A DNA stretch of 64,000 nucleotides from Octopus bimaculoides. Lineage: Eukaryota. This document shows positions 58,601 to 64,000 of the stretch, in pieces. Every line of letters starts with the position of its first letter. The stretch's first letter is position 1. The stretch lies in NCBI RefSeq assembly GCF_001194135.2, contig NC_069003.1, positions 28,143,614 to 28,207,613 on the forward strand, written 5' to 3'. Below the pieces are notes generated by a model. The model worked only from the letters and a program-made list of their open reading frames with translations. It was not told the DNA's origin and made no database searches. A program made the translations under genes and the position numbers.

Positions 58601-61600
58601 AAAATATATGAGGTGAATTATTAATGTAGAACTTTTAAGTGAAGATATAGAATATTAAAGTATTCTATTATTCTCGATACTTGTTTCAAAATAATTTTGT
58701 GAATATTATAGCCTATCATAATATAATATTGGAAGTAATTTGAGTATGCAACATTTACTCAGATCTTAATAGGGAATTACAAAATTAATGAAGTATTTTA
58801 TAATTTCTGGTATGTATAGTAAATGGGGTGTGTAACATTTAAAATAATTAGGTATTACATTTAGTTCCTATTCAATTTAAGCTCTGAATTCTTACCAGTT
58901 GATAATTCCACAATTTTAACTGGAGCTGCAGGAGCTAAGAAAATGATATGAAATTCGACAGTTAACTGATATAACATCATATTACCAAAGAATAATTGGG
59001 CACTGAGTATAACATATATTACTACATAATTAATACATTCCTTATTATATATGGTATCAATAATCATAGATCATAAATTCTTATTATTTATAGACAATTG
59101 AAAATGAAAATATTTAAAAATATTCTGTCAGGTTATGTCTAAATATGTTATCAAATTTTAAGCACAATTTATCAAACCATCTCGAGTGATTTTAATTATG
59201 ATAAACACAAAGTTAAAGATGGTTTATGTATTAAACGATTTCGGTTTATTTATATCCTGAAGGGCTGAATATTTAGATATGCCATAAAAGTTATAAATAT
59301 ACAATGTATTGTAACATATATCTTATGCTGAATTTGCTTGCTGATTTCTTACCTGTTAATACTTAAACATGTTTAACAAGTAAAAGAGAAGTTGGGAATA
59401 TTATGTTATCTAGTTTGTCAAACTAATCACATTAGCTTAGTATAATTTGATAAAGTGAATTATCATTTATTACATGAATTATGACATTTTATCATATCAC
59501 TGGAGATTCAATATTCTCTAATTATAGACGAGAATAAATCTTTTTTCACATATAAATAATTAAAACATAGTTATTGACTACTAAGAAAGTAAATGATGTG
59601 ATGAAGAATATGAATAAGGATTATCTAAATAAGAAATCTGGTGATTAACACTGATAAAGGCAATCTATATTACATCAAACTAAAAGATAAATACCAGCTC
59701 TATCCAGATCATATGTAATGTCATAATCTTATTATGGTTCTGACTGGGAATTAGGTAGATGCATATTATAAGACAATATGTAAGCATACATCATGTAGCA
59801 TTCAATACTGAACCACTGCGTTTCTATAGAATTCATCTGAAACAATACTGATATTTTGAAACATGAATATATAACTATGAAATAACATTTTAAGTGTATT
59901 ATTTATTTTTAGTGTACCATGCTAAAATTTGAAGAACTCAGTTAGAATAATTAGTGATCAATATTCAACATTGATATCCTCCATAGAGAGAATTTTGTTG
60001 TGGCAGTCAAACAGTTTTGCAATATAATAACTAGAATTACTAGGTGAGGAGAATCATTAGGCAAGAATAAATTACCTGTATTAATAGGTACAGCTACAAT
60101 TGATCTAATGAAAACAATTTTGAACTGAATTTTCCTTCACTACTGGAATTATAATAAATGTTTCTAAATGTGAGGATATATGTCATATGATAAACTCTGT
60201 GAAACAATCTTACCAGGGACAAACTCATGCCAAAATGTTGATGAACATTAGGAGTTATTAAACGATCTATCTTAATTAGCTATAAGATGTATATATATTT
60301 TTTATGTGTCAGTCATTAGTTTGAGCCTTGAAACTGAATTTGCAGGCCTACTAATGGAAATTATGTCTGATTACATAAACATAAATCAGCTCAGGCAAAA
60401 ATTTCTGTTTTTACTTTTTGAAATGGAAAACTCAAAGCCAAGAGCTCCCAAATCATTTTTAACTTTATAAGGCTTTCACTAATGATATAGTGAATTATCC
60501 CACACTAAGTACTTTGGCCACAATAGTGCTAATAATGTAATTTGAAGTCCAAATCATCCATTTGCTTCACTACTAAAATATAAACTTTCAGCATCTTAAA
60601 TAACACAACATTGTTTAGATAATGTGTGTTAGTAAAATTATTAGTATGATATAATAAAAACTAATTTATTGCTTTATATTATTGTTAACAATATAATTCA
60701 TAGTTATGTTTGAATTAGAAAATTTTGAGTACATATTTCTTTACAACAATGTATTAAAAGAACTCTATTATGTGGGCTGACTATGGTCTACTTTATTTAT
60801 TATATATTAGGGAAAATGTTAGAAATAATAAAATAAGTATTTCAGAGAAAATTTGGAATTAATTTATCAGGCCATGGGTTTGTAGCAGTAAATTATCATT
60901 GCACTAAATTTGGCAGTATTTCTCAAGGCCACCAAGTTTGGGGGNNNNNNNNNNCCCCCCCCCAGTGTTCAACTCATACTTATTTTATTGACTCTGGAAG
61001 GTTCAAAGACAAAGTCGACCTCAGTAAATTTGAACTCAGAATGTATAGAGAAATGAAATGCAACTAAGCACTTTGCTTGGTATGCTCATGATTCTACCAG
61101 CTGCTGCCTTAGTATTTCTCAAAATATTAGAAATATGTTGATGACTTAATAAATATATTTTAAATTAAATAGCTTAAAACAGAGATTAAAGCATTATAAT
61201 ATATGAATATGAATATGGACACATAAAACATATTTTATTGCATTTGAAATGATATGTATGCTATAGTATGTACATCTTTTTGTTACATATTCTTCATTAC
61301 AATTACTGAAATGCATTTCAGCAGAGACTATTTATTTTTCACAAATATAAATTATACCAGTTATTTAATTATTAATAGCTATGTTTTAATTATAATATTA
61401 AGAATATACTTGTGGTTATAAGAATATAACATTCATTTTAAATATTTTCATGAAAGTACAGTTAAGTTAAATAATGTTCATAGTCATTAATATTAGTTCA
61501 GTTTTTGTTAGGTACTAATTTTCTTACCAGCTTTAATTTCCATGGGTATAACAGGGGGAAATGCAACTGTTAAAAATATATCATCTTATATGTGAGATAA

Positions 61601-62131
61601 AAAGGGAATGTATTTTCAAATACTTCAAAGAGATATTGTATCACATTTTGTTTATGAATTCGTTGGGTGAAATTTGTATTCCTTACAAAATGTAAAAGTT
61701 AATATTTAAAGGAAAAATTTTTAACTATCAATATATGATCTGAAACACACATTTAAGTTTCATAAAATATTATCATGAATTCAGGCTAACATATCTAGCA
61801 TTATACAAAATATGTTGTTCTTCAATGTTGTAAAAGAATTTTAAAAATCAAATTAATAATTTTTTTTGATCACTTTTTGATAATTATTTCAAAATAATTA
61901 TATGTATATTATAGGCCATCATAGTATAATATAGTAAGTAATTTGATTATGCACAATTTAATTAGATCTATGTAGGGTATCATTAAGATGACAGAGGATT
62001 TATAATTTCTAGTATAAATAGTATATGGGATGCAACATATAAAATTTAATGTTATTTTTAGTTCCTATTTAATTTAAACTCTGAACTCTCACCAGCTGAT
62101 AATTCTACAAATTTAACTGGAACTACAGGAG
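655..62131 (-). CDS. Partial multi-exon gene: multi-VWA extracellular-matrix-type protein (collagen VI/XII- or matrilin-like VWA domains) with a microexon-encoded Pro/Thr-rich repeat region; extends beyond both window ends
   Basis: Four VWA-coding exons plus about 30 small exons, all on the minus strand with AG/GT ends and phase 1-1; they join into one open frame. No signal peptide, start or stop is seen in the window. Confidence 0.85.
3115..3684 (-). CDS. VWA domain exon d (570 nt), MIDAS intact
   Basis: ORF 3071-3778 contains DIVFMVDSSTS, YGSTN, ITDG and HVYAIG; taacag acceptor; CCAG|gtaag donor. Confidence 0.93.
4206..4232 (-). CDS. 27-nt microexon (V)TTTIPTTT
   Basis: tcacag|TTACC...ACTG|gtgagt; phase 1-1. 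Confidence 0.82.
5488..5514 (-). CDS. 27-nt microexon (V)ATTTPTTT
   Basis: tttcag|TTGCA...ACTG|gtaagt. Confidence 0.82.
6695..6721 (-). CDS. 27-nt microexon (V)PTTTPTTT
   Basis: ttacag|TACCA...ACTG|gtaagt. Confidence 0.82.
7395..7424 (-). CDS. 30-nt microexon (A)TTEPPTEPT
   Basis: caatag|CTACA...ACTG|gtaagt. Confidence 0.8.
7960..8810 (-). mobile_element. Possible old LINE (CR1/L2-like) ORF2 remnant
   Basis: More GC-rich patch; minus-strand translation includes 'IPEIHPIICK...LTATFSNIFNLSL', loosely like the start of a LINE RT; heavily disrupted. Confidence 0.3.
9754..10141 (+). mobile_element. tRNA-derived SINE (octopus OR-like)
   Basis: tRNA-like head with A box (tggcccagtggttagg) and B box (ggtttcgattccc); body; (AAC)n tail. 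Confidence 0.85.
11343..11912 (-). CDS. VWA domain exon c (570 nt), MIDAS intact
   Basis: I extended ORF 11329-11766 upstream in frame to the taatag acceptor: (G)VQKTIPTDLIFLVDSSTSVG...YGSTN...ITDG...KIAP; CCAG|gtaag donor. Confidence 0.93.
12541..12710 (-). mobile_element. Degenerate SINE of the 28738/42293 family
   Basis: Aligns by eye with 42293-42502 ('ggatggaaagcagagttgaccttggcagga', 'aaatactgataagcat'). Confidence 0.5.
12925..12951 (-). CDS. 27-nt microexon (V)IIPEAPPQ
   Basis: tgacag|TGATT...CAAG|gtaaga; phase 1-1. Confidence 0.8.
14030..14599 (-). CDS. VWA domain exon b (570 nt) with flanking Cys residues
   Basis: ORF 14010-14687: (G)DCSDAQLDLVFVLDSSTS...HGSAN...ITDG...NLCP; ctgtag acceptor; CCAG|gtaagt donor. 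Confidence 0.93.
15545..15586 (-). CDS. 42-nt exon (E)PTHTAPKYAFQKF
   Basis: ttttcttcag|AACCA...TTTG|gtaagt; phase 1-1. Confidence 0.7.
16385..16702 (-). mobile_element. Degenerate SINE
   Basis: 16385-16530 is the reverse complement of the 3' body at 9960-10080; the remainder matches the SINE head seen at 48490-48645. Confidence 0.6.
18173..18619 (-). CDS. Degenerate, C-terminally truncated VWA exon a (447 nt to an internal GTGAGT donor)
   Basis: ORF 18120-18674 is VWA-like (SDVVFLVDSAS, VRVGLI, FGDRADAPN, IHIFAF); tcgtag acceptor; ATTG|gtgagt keeps phase 1; read-through hits TAG at 18120. Confidence 0.7.
18900..19083. mobile_element. hAT-type MITE (184 bp)
   Basis: TIRs cagtggttctca / tgggaaccattg; 8-bp TSD acctaata (18892-18899) / atctaata (19084-19091). 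Confidence 0.7.
19735..20064 (+). mobile_element. mariner transposase 3' fragment with TIR-like end
   Basis: 'DLVPEDLFLFLKLKSMLKSSRFQMSEEI' matches the mariner C-terminal SPDLAPxDxFLF motif; ends in 'ggattatttttggacagactttata'. Confidence 0.7.
21883..21897 (-). CDS. 15-nt microexon (V)RTPP
   Basis: tttttttcag|TTCGCACACCACCAG|gtatgt; phase 1-1. Confidence 0.65.
22685..22895 (-). mobile_element. SINE (28738/42293 family)
   Basis: 'atcgaccctgaaaggatgaaaggcaaaatcgacctc' core shared with the other copies. Confidence 0.7.
23652..23678 (-). CDS. Array-type microexon with ancestral acceptor lost; 27-nt form (A)IIPVDVIT via the next AG
   Basis: Homologous to the 39-nt exons, but position 23691-23692 reads tgg instead of cag on the minus strand; in-frame ctccag 12 nt downstream; gtaag donor intact. 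Confidence 0.5.
24083..24283 (-). mobile_element. SINE internal fragment identical to 28260-28460
   Basis: 201 bp with no mismatch found by eye; constant offset of 4177. Confidence 0.85.
27369..27407 (-). CDS. 39-nt microexon (V)VPPPIEPVEILS
   Basis: taacag acceptor, gtaag donor, homologous to the array exons. Confidence 0.8.
28185..28585 (-). mobile_element. Full-length octopus-type tRNA SINE
   Basis: Reverse complement of the family at 43456-43838; tRNA-like head ends near 28585. Confidence 0.85.
28738..28938 (-). mobile_element. Short tRNA-derived SINE
   Basis: 'ctactctaggcacaaggcccgaaattt...atcgacccc..aaggatgaaa...ctcagaatgtaaagacagacaaaatacc'; same family as 42293. Confidence 0.8.
29380..29572 (+). 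mobile_element. SINE/LINE-type 3' tail
   Basis: 'ggcattaggaagggcatcca...ccagcatggaaaacagacgttaaaggatga' followed by a gat-like tail; similar to the end at 32950-33050. Confidence 0.65.
30115..30142 (-). pseudogene. Broken array exon: donor and 3' exon end kept, acceptor half missing
   Basis: GAAATTGAAACTG|gtaag plus the conserved downstream intron motif at 30050-30114; no AG acceptor or polypyrimidine tract like those of the paralogs. Confidence 0.65.
30325..31578 (+). mobile_element. Internally deleted Tc1-family transposon
   Basis: Imperfect TIRs of about 140 bp (taagggtc...gaatggagtaaatatt); transposase remnant from ATG 30634 with an HTH region, GRPHKTSPR and a C-terminal WLPQS-LNPIEN motif; stops and frameshifts. 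Confidence 0.9.
31581..31813. mobile_element. Tc1/mariner-type MITE (233 bp)
   Basis: 21-bp TIR cagggttggccaaaagtcacc / ggtgacttttggccaacactg (1 mismatch); flanks TG and TA. Confidence 0.85.
32647..33050 (+). mobile_element. tRNA-derived SINE
   Basis: Head 'ggtgtaggagtaactgtgtgccaagaagtttg', 'catcttgggcaagagtcttc' body, tail 'gcatggaaaagtggacatcaaaataatgatgatg'. Confidence 0.75.
33313..33345 (-). CDS. 33-nt microexon (A)PPVIPAEIAT
   Basis: taacag/gtaag; A-type exon with an in-frame 6-nt deletion. Confidence 0.8.
34270..34582 (+). mobile_element. tRNA-derived SINE sharing its 3' half with 9754-10141
   Basis: A/B-box-like head; 3' half aligns to 9955-10115. Confidence 0.75.
34732..34770 (-). 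CDS. 39-nt A exon (A)APSPVIPVEIKT
   Basis: taacag/gtaag; phase 1-1. Confidence 0.85.
35313..35351 (-). CDS. 39-nt B exon (A)PPAPVKPVELAT
   Basis: tcatag/gtaag. Confidence 0.85.
36946..37056. repeat. (CA)n microsatellite with a gap; others at about 4567-4594, 15799-15839, 16294-16375, 23955-23985, 29838-29875 and 37626-37708
   Basis: Direct reading. Confidence 0.95.
39090..39128 (-). CDS. 39-nt A exon (A)APPPVIPVEKIT
   Basis: taacag/gtaag. Confidence 0.85.
39566..39604 (-). CDS. 39-nt B exon (A)PPAPVKPVELTT
   Basis: ccatag/gtaag. Confidence 0.85.
41436..41474 (-). CDS. 39-nt A exon (A)VPPPVIPEEKTT
   Basis: taacag/gtaag. Confidence 0.85.
41815..41853 (-). CDS. 39-nt B exon (A)PAAPVTPVELTT
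   Basis: acaaag (weaker AAG acceptor)/gtaag. Confidence 0.75.
42293..42502 (-). mobile_element. Short tRNA-derived SINE
   Basis: Same family as 28738; absent from the homologous position of the next unit (about 45295). Confidence 0.85.
43456..43838 (+). mobile_element. tRNA-derived SINE
   Basis: tRNA-like head (tgtgtggtaagaag...gggttcagtccc); tail 'aaacaagtaaaagata'. Confidence 0.8.
44542..44580 (-). CDS. 39-nt A exon (A)APPLVIPEEKTT
   Basis: tagcag/gtaag. Confidence 0.85.
44850..44888 (-). CDS. 39-nt B exon (A)PAAPIKPVELTT
   Basis: acatag/gtaag. Confidence 0.85.
45179..45205 (-). CDS. Candidate 27-nt third-slot microexon (V)LSSKPVSA
   Basis: catgttacag|TATTA...GCTG|gtaag; phase 1-1 and open, but the homologous positions in other units lack splice sites. 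Confidence 0.4.
46248..46635. other. Assembly gap (N run); a second large gap at 47453-47770 and smaller ones near 16337, 36990, 39417 and 60945
   Basis: N characters. Confidence 0.95.
46693..47016 (-). repeat. Left arm of a long inverted repeat (Penelope pLTR-like)
   Basis: Reverse complement of 47991-48354, with scattered mismatches. Confidence 0.85.
46786..46822 (-). ncRNA. Minimal hammerhead-ribozyme-like motif (U4C variant)
   Basis: TGTTT-CCGACGA-A-GAGC(TCC)GCTC-GAAA-CGTC-ATGCA. Confidence 0.5.
47991..48354 (+). repeat. Right arm of the long inverted repeat (Penelope pLTR-like)
   Basis: See left arm; ends 'tttttgaacttatata'. Confidence 0.85.
48224..48260 (+). ncRNA. Minimal hammerhead-ribozyme-like motif (U4C variant)
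   Basis: TGTTT-CCGACGA-A-GAGC(TCC)GCTC-GAAA-CGTC-ATACA; putative GUC cleavage after 48255. Confidence 0.5.
49071..49109 (-). CDS. 39-nt A exon (A)APPPVIPVEKTT
   Basis: taacag/gtaag. Confidence 0.85.
49431..49469 (-). CDS. 39-nt B exon (A)LPAPVKPVELTT
   Basis: ccttag/gtaag. Confidence 0.85.
50377..51599 (-). mobile_element. Near full-length defective mariner (about 1.2 kb)
   Basis: TIR ttagggtgttcagaaagtaattg / caattactttctgaacaccctaa; ORF 50977-51225 has WVLHEL (WVPHEL) and IVTGDGK (IVTGDEKW); empty sites in paralogous units. Confidence 0.92.
52120..52470 (+). mobile_element. RTE-clade LINE ORF2 3' fragment
   Basis: Frameshifted translation LDGCYT...FAG...LLWEPTHGNRSRS-PATTYVD...EDRDYWR. 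Confidence 0.75.
53670..53708 (-). CDS. 39-nt A exon (A)APSPVIPEEKAT
   Basis: taacag/gtaag. Confidence 0.85.
54081..54119 (-). CDS. 39-nt B exon (A)PPAPVKPVELTT
   Basis: tcatag/gtaag. Confidence 0.85.
56506..56544 (-). CDS. 39-nt A exon (A)VPPTVIPEEKAT
   Basis: taacag/gtaag. Confidence 0.85.
56870..56908 (-). CDS. 39-nt B exon (A)PPAPVKPVELTT
   Basis: tcatag/gtaag; identical to the exon at 54081-54119. Confidence 0.85.
57340..57900 (-). mobile_element. CR1/Jockey-type LINE RT C-terminal fragment
   Basis: Minus strand reads 'LQQLLTIYKAEVKPT' (YKxxVRPxxEY motif region); absent from sister units. Confidence 0.55.
58324..58362 (-). CDS. 39-nt A exon (D)ALPLIIPVEIKT
   Basis: taacag/gtaag. Confidence 0.82.
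58896..58934 (-). CDS. 39-nt B exon (A)PAAPVKIVELST
   Basis: tcttag/gtaag. Confidence 0.82.
60920..61111 (-). mobile_element. SINE (28738/42293 family) with a short N gap
   Basis: 'aaagtcgacctcagtaaatttgaactcagaatgta...ctaagcactttg...ccagctgctgcctt'. Confidence 0.65.
61528..61566 (-). CDS. 39-nt A exon (V)AFPPVIPMEIKA
   Basis: taacag/gtaag. Confidence 0.82.
62093..62131 (-). CDS. 39-nt B exon (A)PVVPVKFVELSA
   Basis: ttatag/gtgag. Confidence 0.8.
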
Positions 62132-62979
62132 CTATAAAATATGAAATTTGACAATTCACTGACATAATAGCATCATATTACCATAGAATAATTAGAGACT
62201 GAGGATAACATATGTTTTTATATAATTAATACATTCCTTATCATACATAGTATCAATTAGAATAGCAAAAAACTGCCTCATTATTTACAAAAAAAAAAAA
62301 AAAGATGAAAAACAAAGAAGAATACTATGGCTCTGAAGATAGTATCATTTTTTAAGGTCATTTAATTTTTCTCAATTGATCAATGGACCAATTGAGTAAA
62401 CCAATCAAAGAATGAACCTATACTCTCAAAAACAGCTGTAAGTGGAATTTACTATAATAAAGGAATATGTAATGATCATTATTTATAACTTGTCTTGTAT
62501 ATCACTGTGTGTATAAAACCAGTTTACCTAGGAATACAACCTTGGGTTTACAAAGAAGAATAGTGATGAGCCTCAGACCCTCTCAGAAGCATACACAGCG
62601 TCCTTTACTAATCTAAAAAAATTTGTTAGCCTGGTGTATTTGTATTAACAGAGAGCTTATAAAGTATTTTGCCAGGATTGATGAGCCCTCGTTAATAACT
62701 CTTTGTTATACATATATATTTGGTATGAATGTAATTATTCAATGCTTGCTATTTGATGATTATACATCATTTAAAAGGTAATAGTGAGACCATGACTATT
62801 ATACTATTATCAACAATCTTAACCTGTATATTATTCACTAAAATAGTTGTGGAAAATGAATATCTTTTTATCAATAAGTTTCATGAATTATAACATTGTA
62901 TTATATCATTGGTGAATTAATGAAGCCTGGTCATATATTAGAATAAAACTTCCCATGTAAATATGTAAAACAGGTGGAT

Positions 62980-63140
62980 TTACAGGTGGTTTTGTAACTG
63001 TTGGTATTGTTGTTGTTGCTGTTGCAACTGCACCATGCAAGCCAACAAGTCTTCCATGTTAATGATATTTTCTTTGGTTTCATATCAAAAAGAAGGATTT
63101 AAACATCTGACGCAGGCTTCGAACATCTTGTTGCCACTTT
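62980..63140 (-). mobile_element. Possible Gypsy LTR-element 5' remnant (PBS-like site plus poly-Q gag-like start)
   Basis: tggcaacaagat at 63136-63125 resembles a TGGCGACGAG-type PBS; followed by MEDLLACMVQLQQQQQQYQQLQNHL* (63057-62980). Confidence 0.3.
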
Positions 63141-64000
63141 TATATCCTTGACACATGTTGGATATATAATTAATGAAGTGGAGGTTAAATCAATGTATTC
63201 GCGTGACATACTTTGCAAGACTACCAGCCTCAATTCTTCATAAGAGTTTGGCTAGTTCATTCTTCCAATCCCCCAGGGTTGTCAATGACTCTCACGACAA
63301 CAATAGAGAACAGGAAGAGAAGGAAAAAAGAGCAGGCGATGTAAATATTGAAGCAGATTGACTAGTTCAGAGAAGCAGAGATTCTTGTAGCTAGGGTAGA
63401 AGAACTAGCAAATATGTAAGCTTGTGACTGTAGAGAAAAGCTAGCTAAATATTTTCCAATCAATGGACTGGCCATTCTTTTAGATAAGATCTCAGATTTT
63501 AATGTGTGCAGCAACAGTACCATTTCTTGTATGTTAGCAGTGATCTAACATGAGGCTTACTTTAATAGACATAGGAGAGAAAATGATTTAGAAGAATAGA
63601 AACTACTTGGAAAATATGAATAGTTCAAGTGATGTAAATGGTAAATAGCAGAAACAAAATTTCTTTACAGAAGTATGATCTTAAATCTATTTCAAAATGG
63701 TACAAAATATTTGCCACAACTTTTAGCAATTACCAGATATACAACAGGCATATTTTGATAACATGTAATGTATTAACTTTATAATAATGACACACAAAGT
63801 TTACAAGATTTTAAAACAGGTTGATGTTACTCATGTGTTATATAGAGAGTAAAATCTTTCCCTTGAAAAATGACAAGTTTCTCAGGTAATTTTTCTTCCA
63901 GGAAAAGTCATAGTCAGCAATGCAAGTTAACCCCTTCTGATGTGATCTGTGTTTGCAGTATTATATTATACTATCTTAATAAAGGCTTTCTTACACATAC

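Larger units (their letters stand above)
34650..62300. repeat. Diverged tandem segmental array: nine units (A-exon spacing about 1.8-4.6 kb), each with one A and one B exon plus homologous intron sequence
   Basis: Intron blocks recur in the same order, e.g. 'tattgtgcag..aagtactctcaagtaaaatagtgatcatggttagaattattagcta' and 'gtgttattaatttccaagtgtgacatgctaaactttcaggtgactagttagaataattag'. Confidence 0.9.

Noticed and set aside
34732-62131. Dscam-like mutually exclusive splicing via docking/selector pairing
   Set aside because: All repeated intron motifs I found are direct repeats and I saw no complementary partner; not excluded without an RNA-pairing search

Overview
AT-rich, intron-rich eukaryotic DNA with assembly gaps. 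The repeat families resemble octopus tRNA-derived SINEs, so it is probably cephalopod (inference). No prokaryotic features are present. One minus-strand gene spans almost the whole window, with neither start nor stop visible. It encodes a multi-VWA (von Willebrand A) matrix-type protein. Every exon I can define is GT-AG, a multiple of 3 and phase 1-1. In transcript order there are nine tandem genomic units, each with two 39-nt exons (62131 to 34732), together encoding a 26-aa Pro/Val/Ala/Glu/Lys/Thr repeat. Then come older single microexons (33, 39, 27 and 15 nt, plus one broken copy), a degenerate truncated VWA exon, and three intact 570-nt VWA exons separated by Pro/Thr-rich microexons. The ORF track misses almost all of the microexons. 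Introns hold SINEs, Tc1 and mariner elements, MITEs and LINE fragments. A foldback structure nested in a SINE carries two inverted Penelope-type hammerhead-ribozyme-like motifs. All exon calls are manual, with no transcript evidence.
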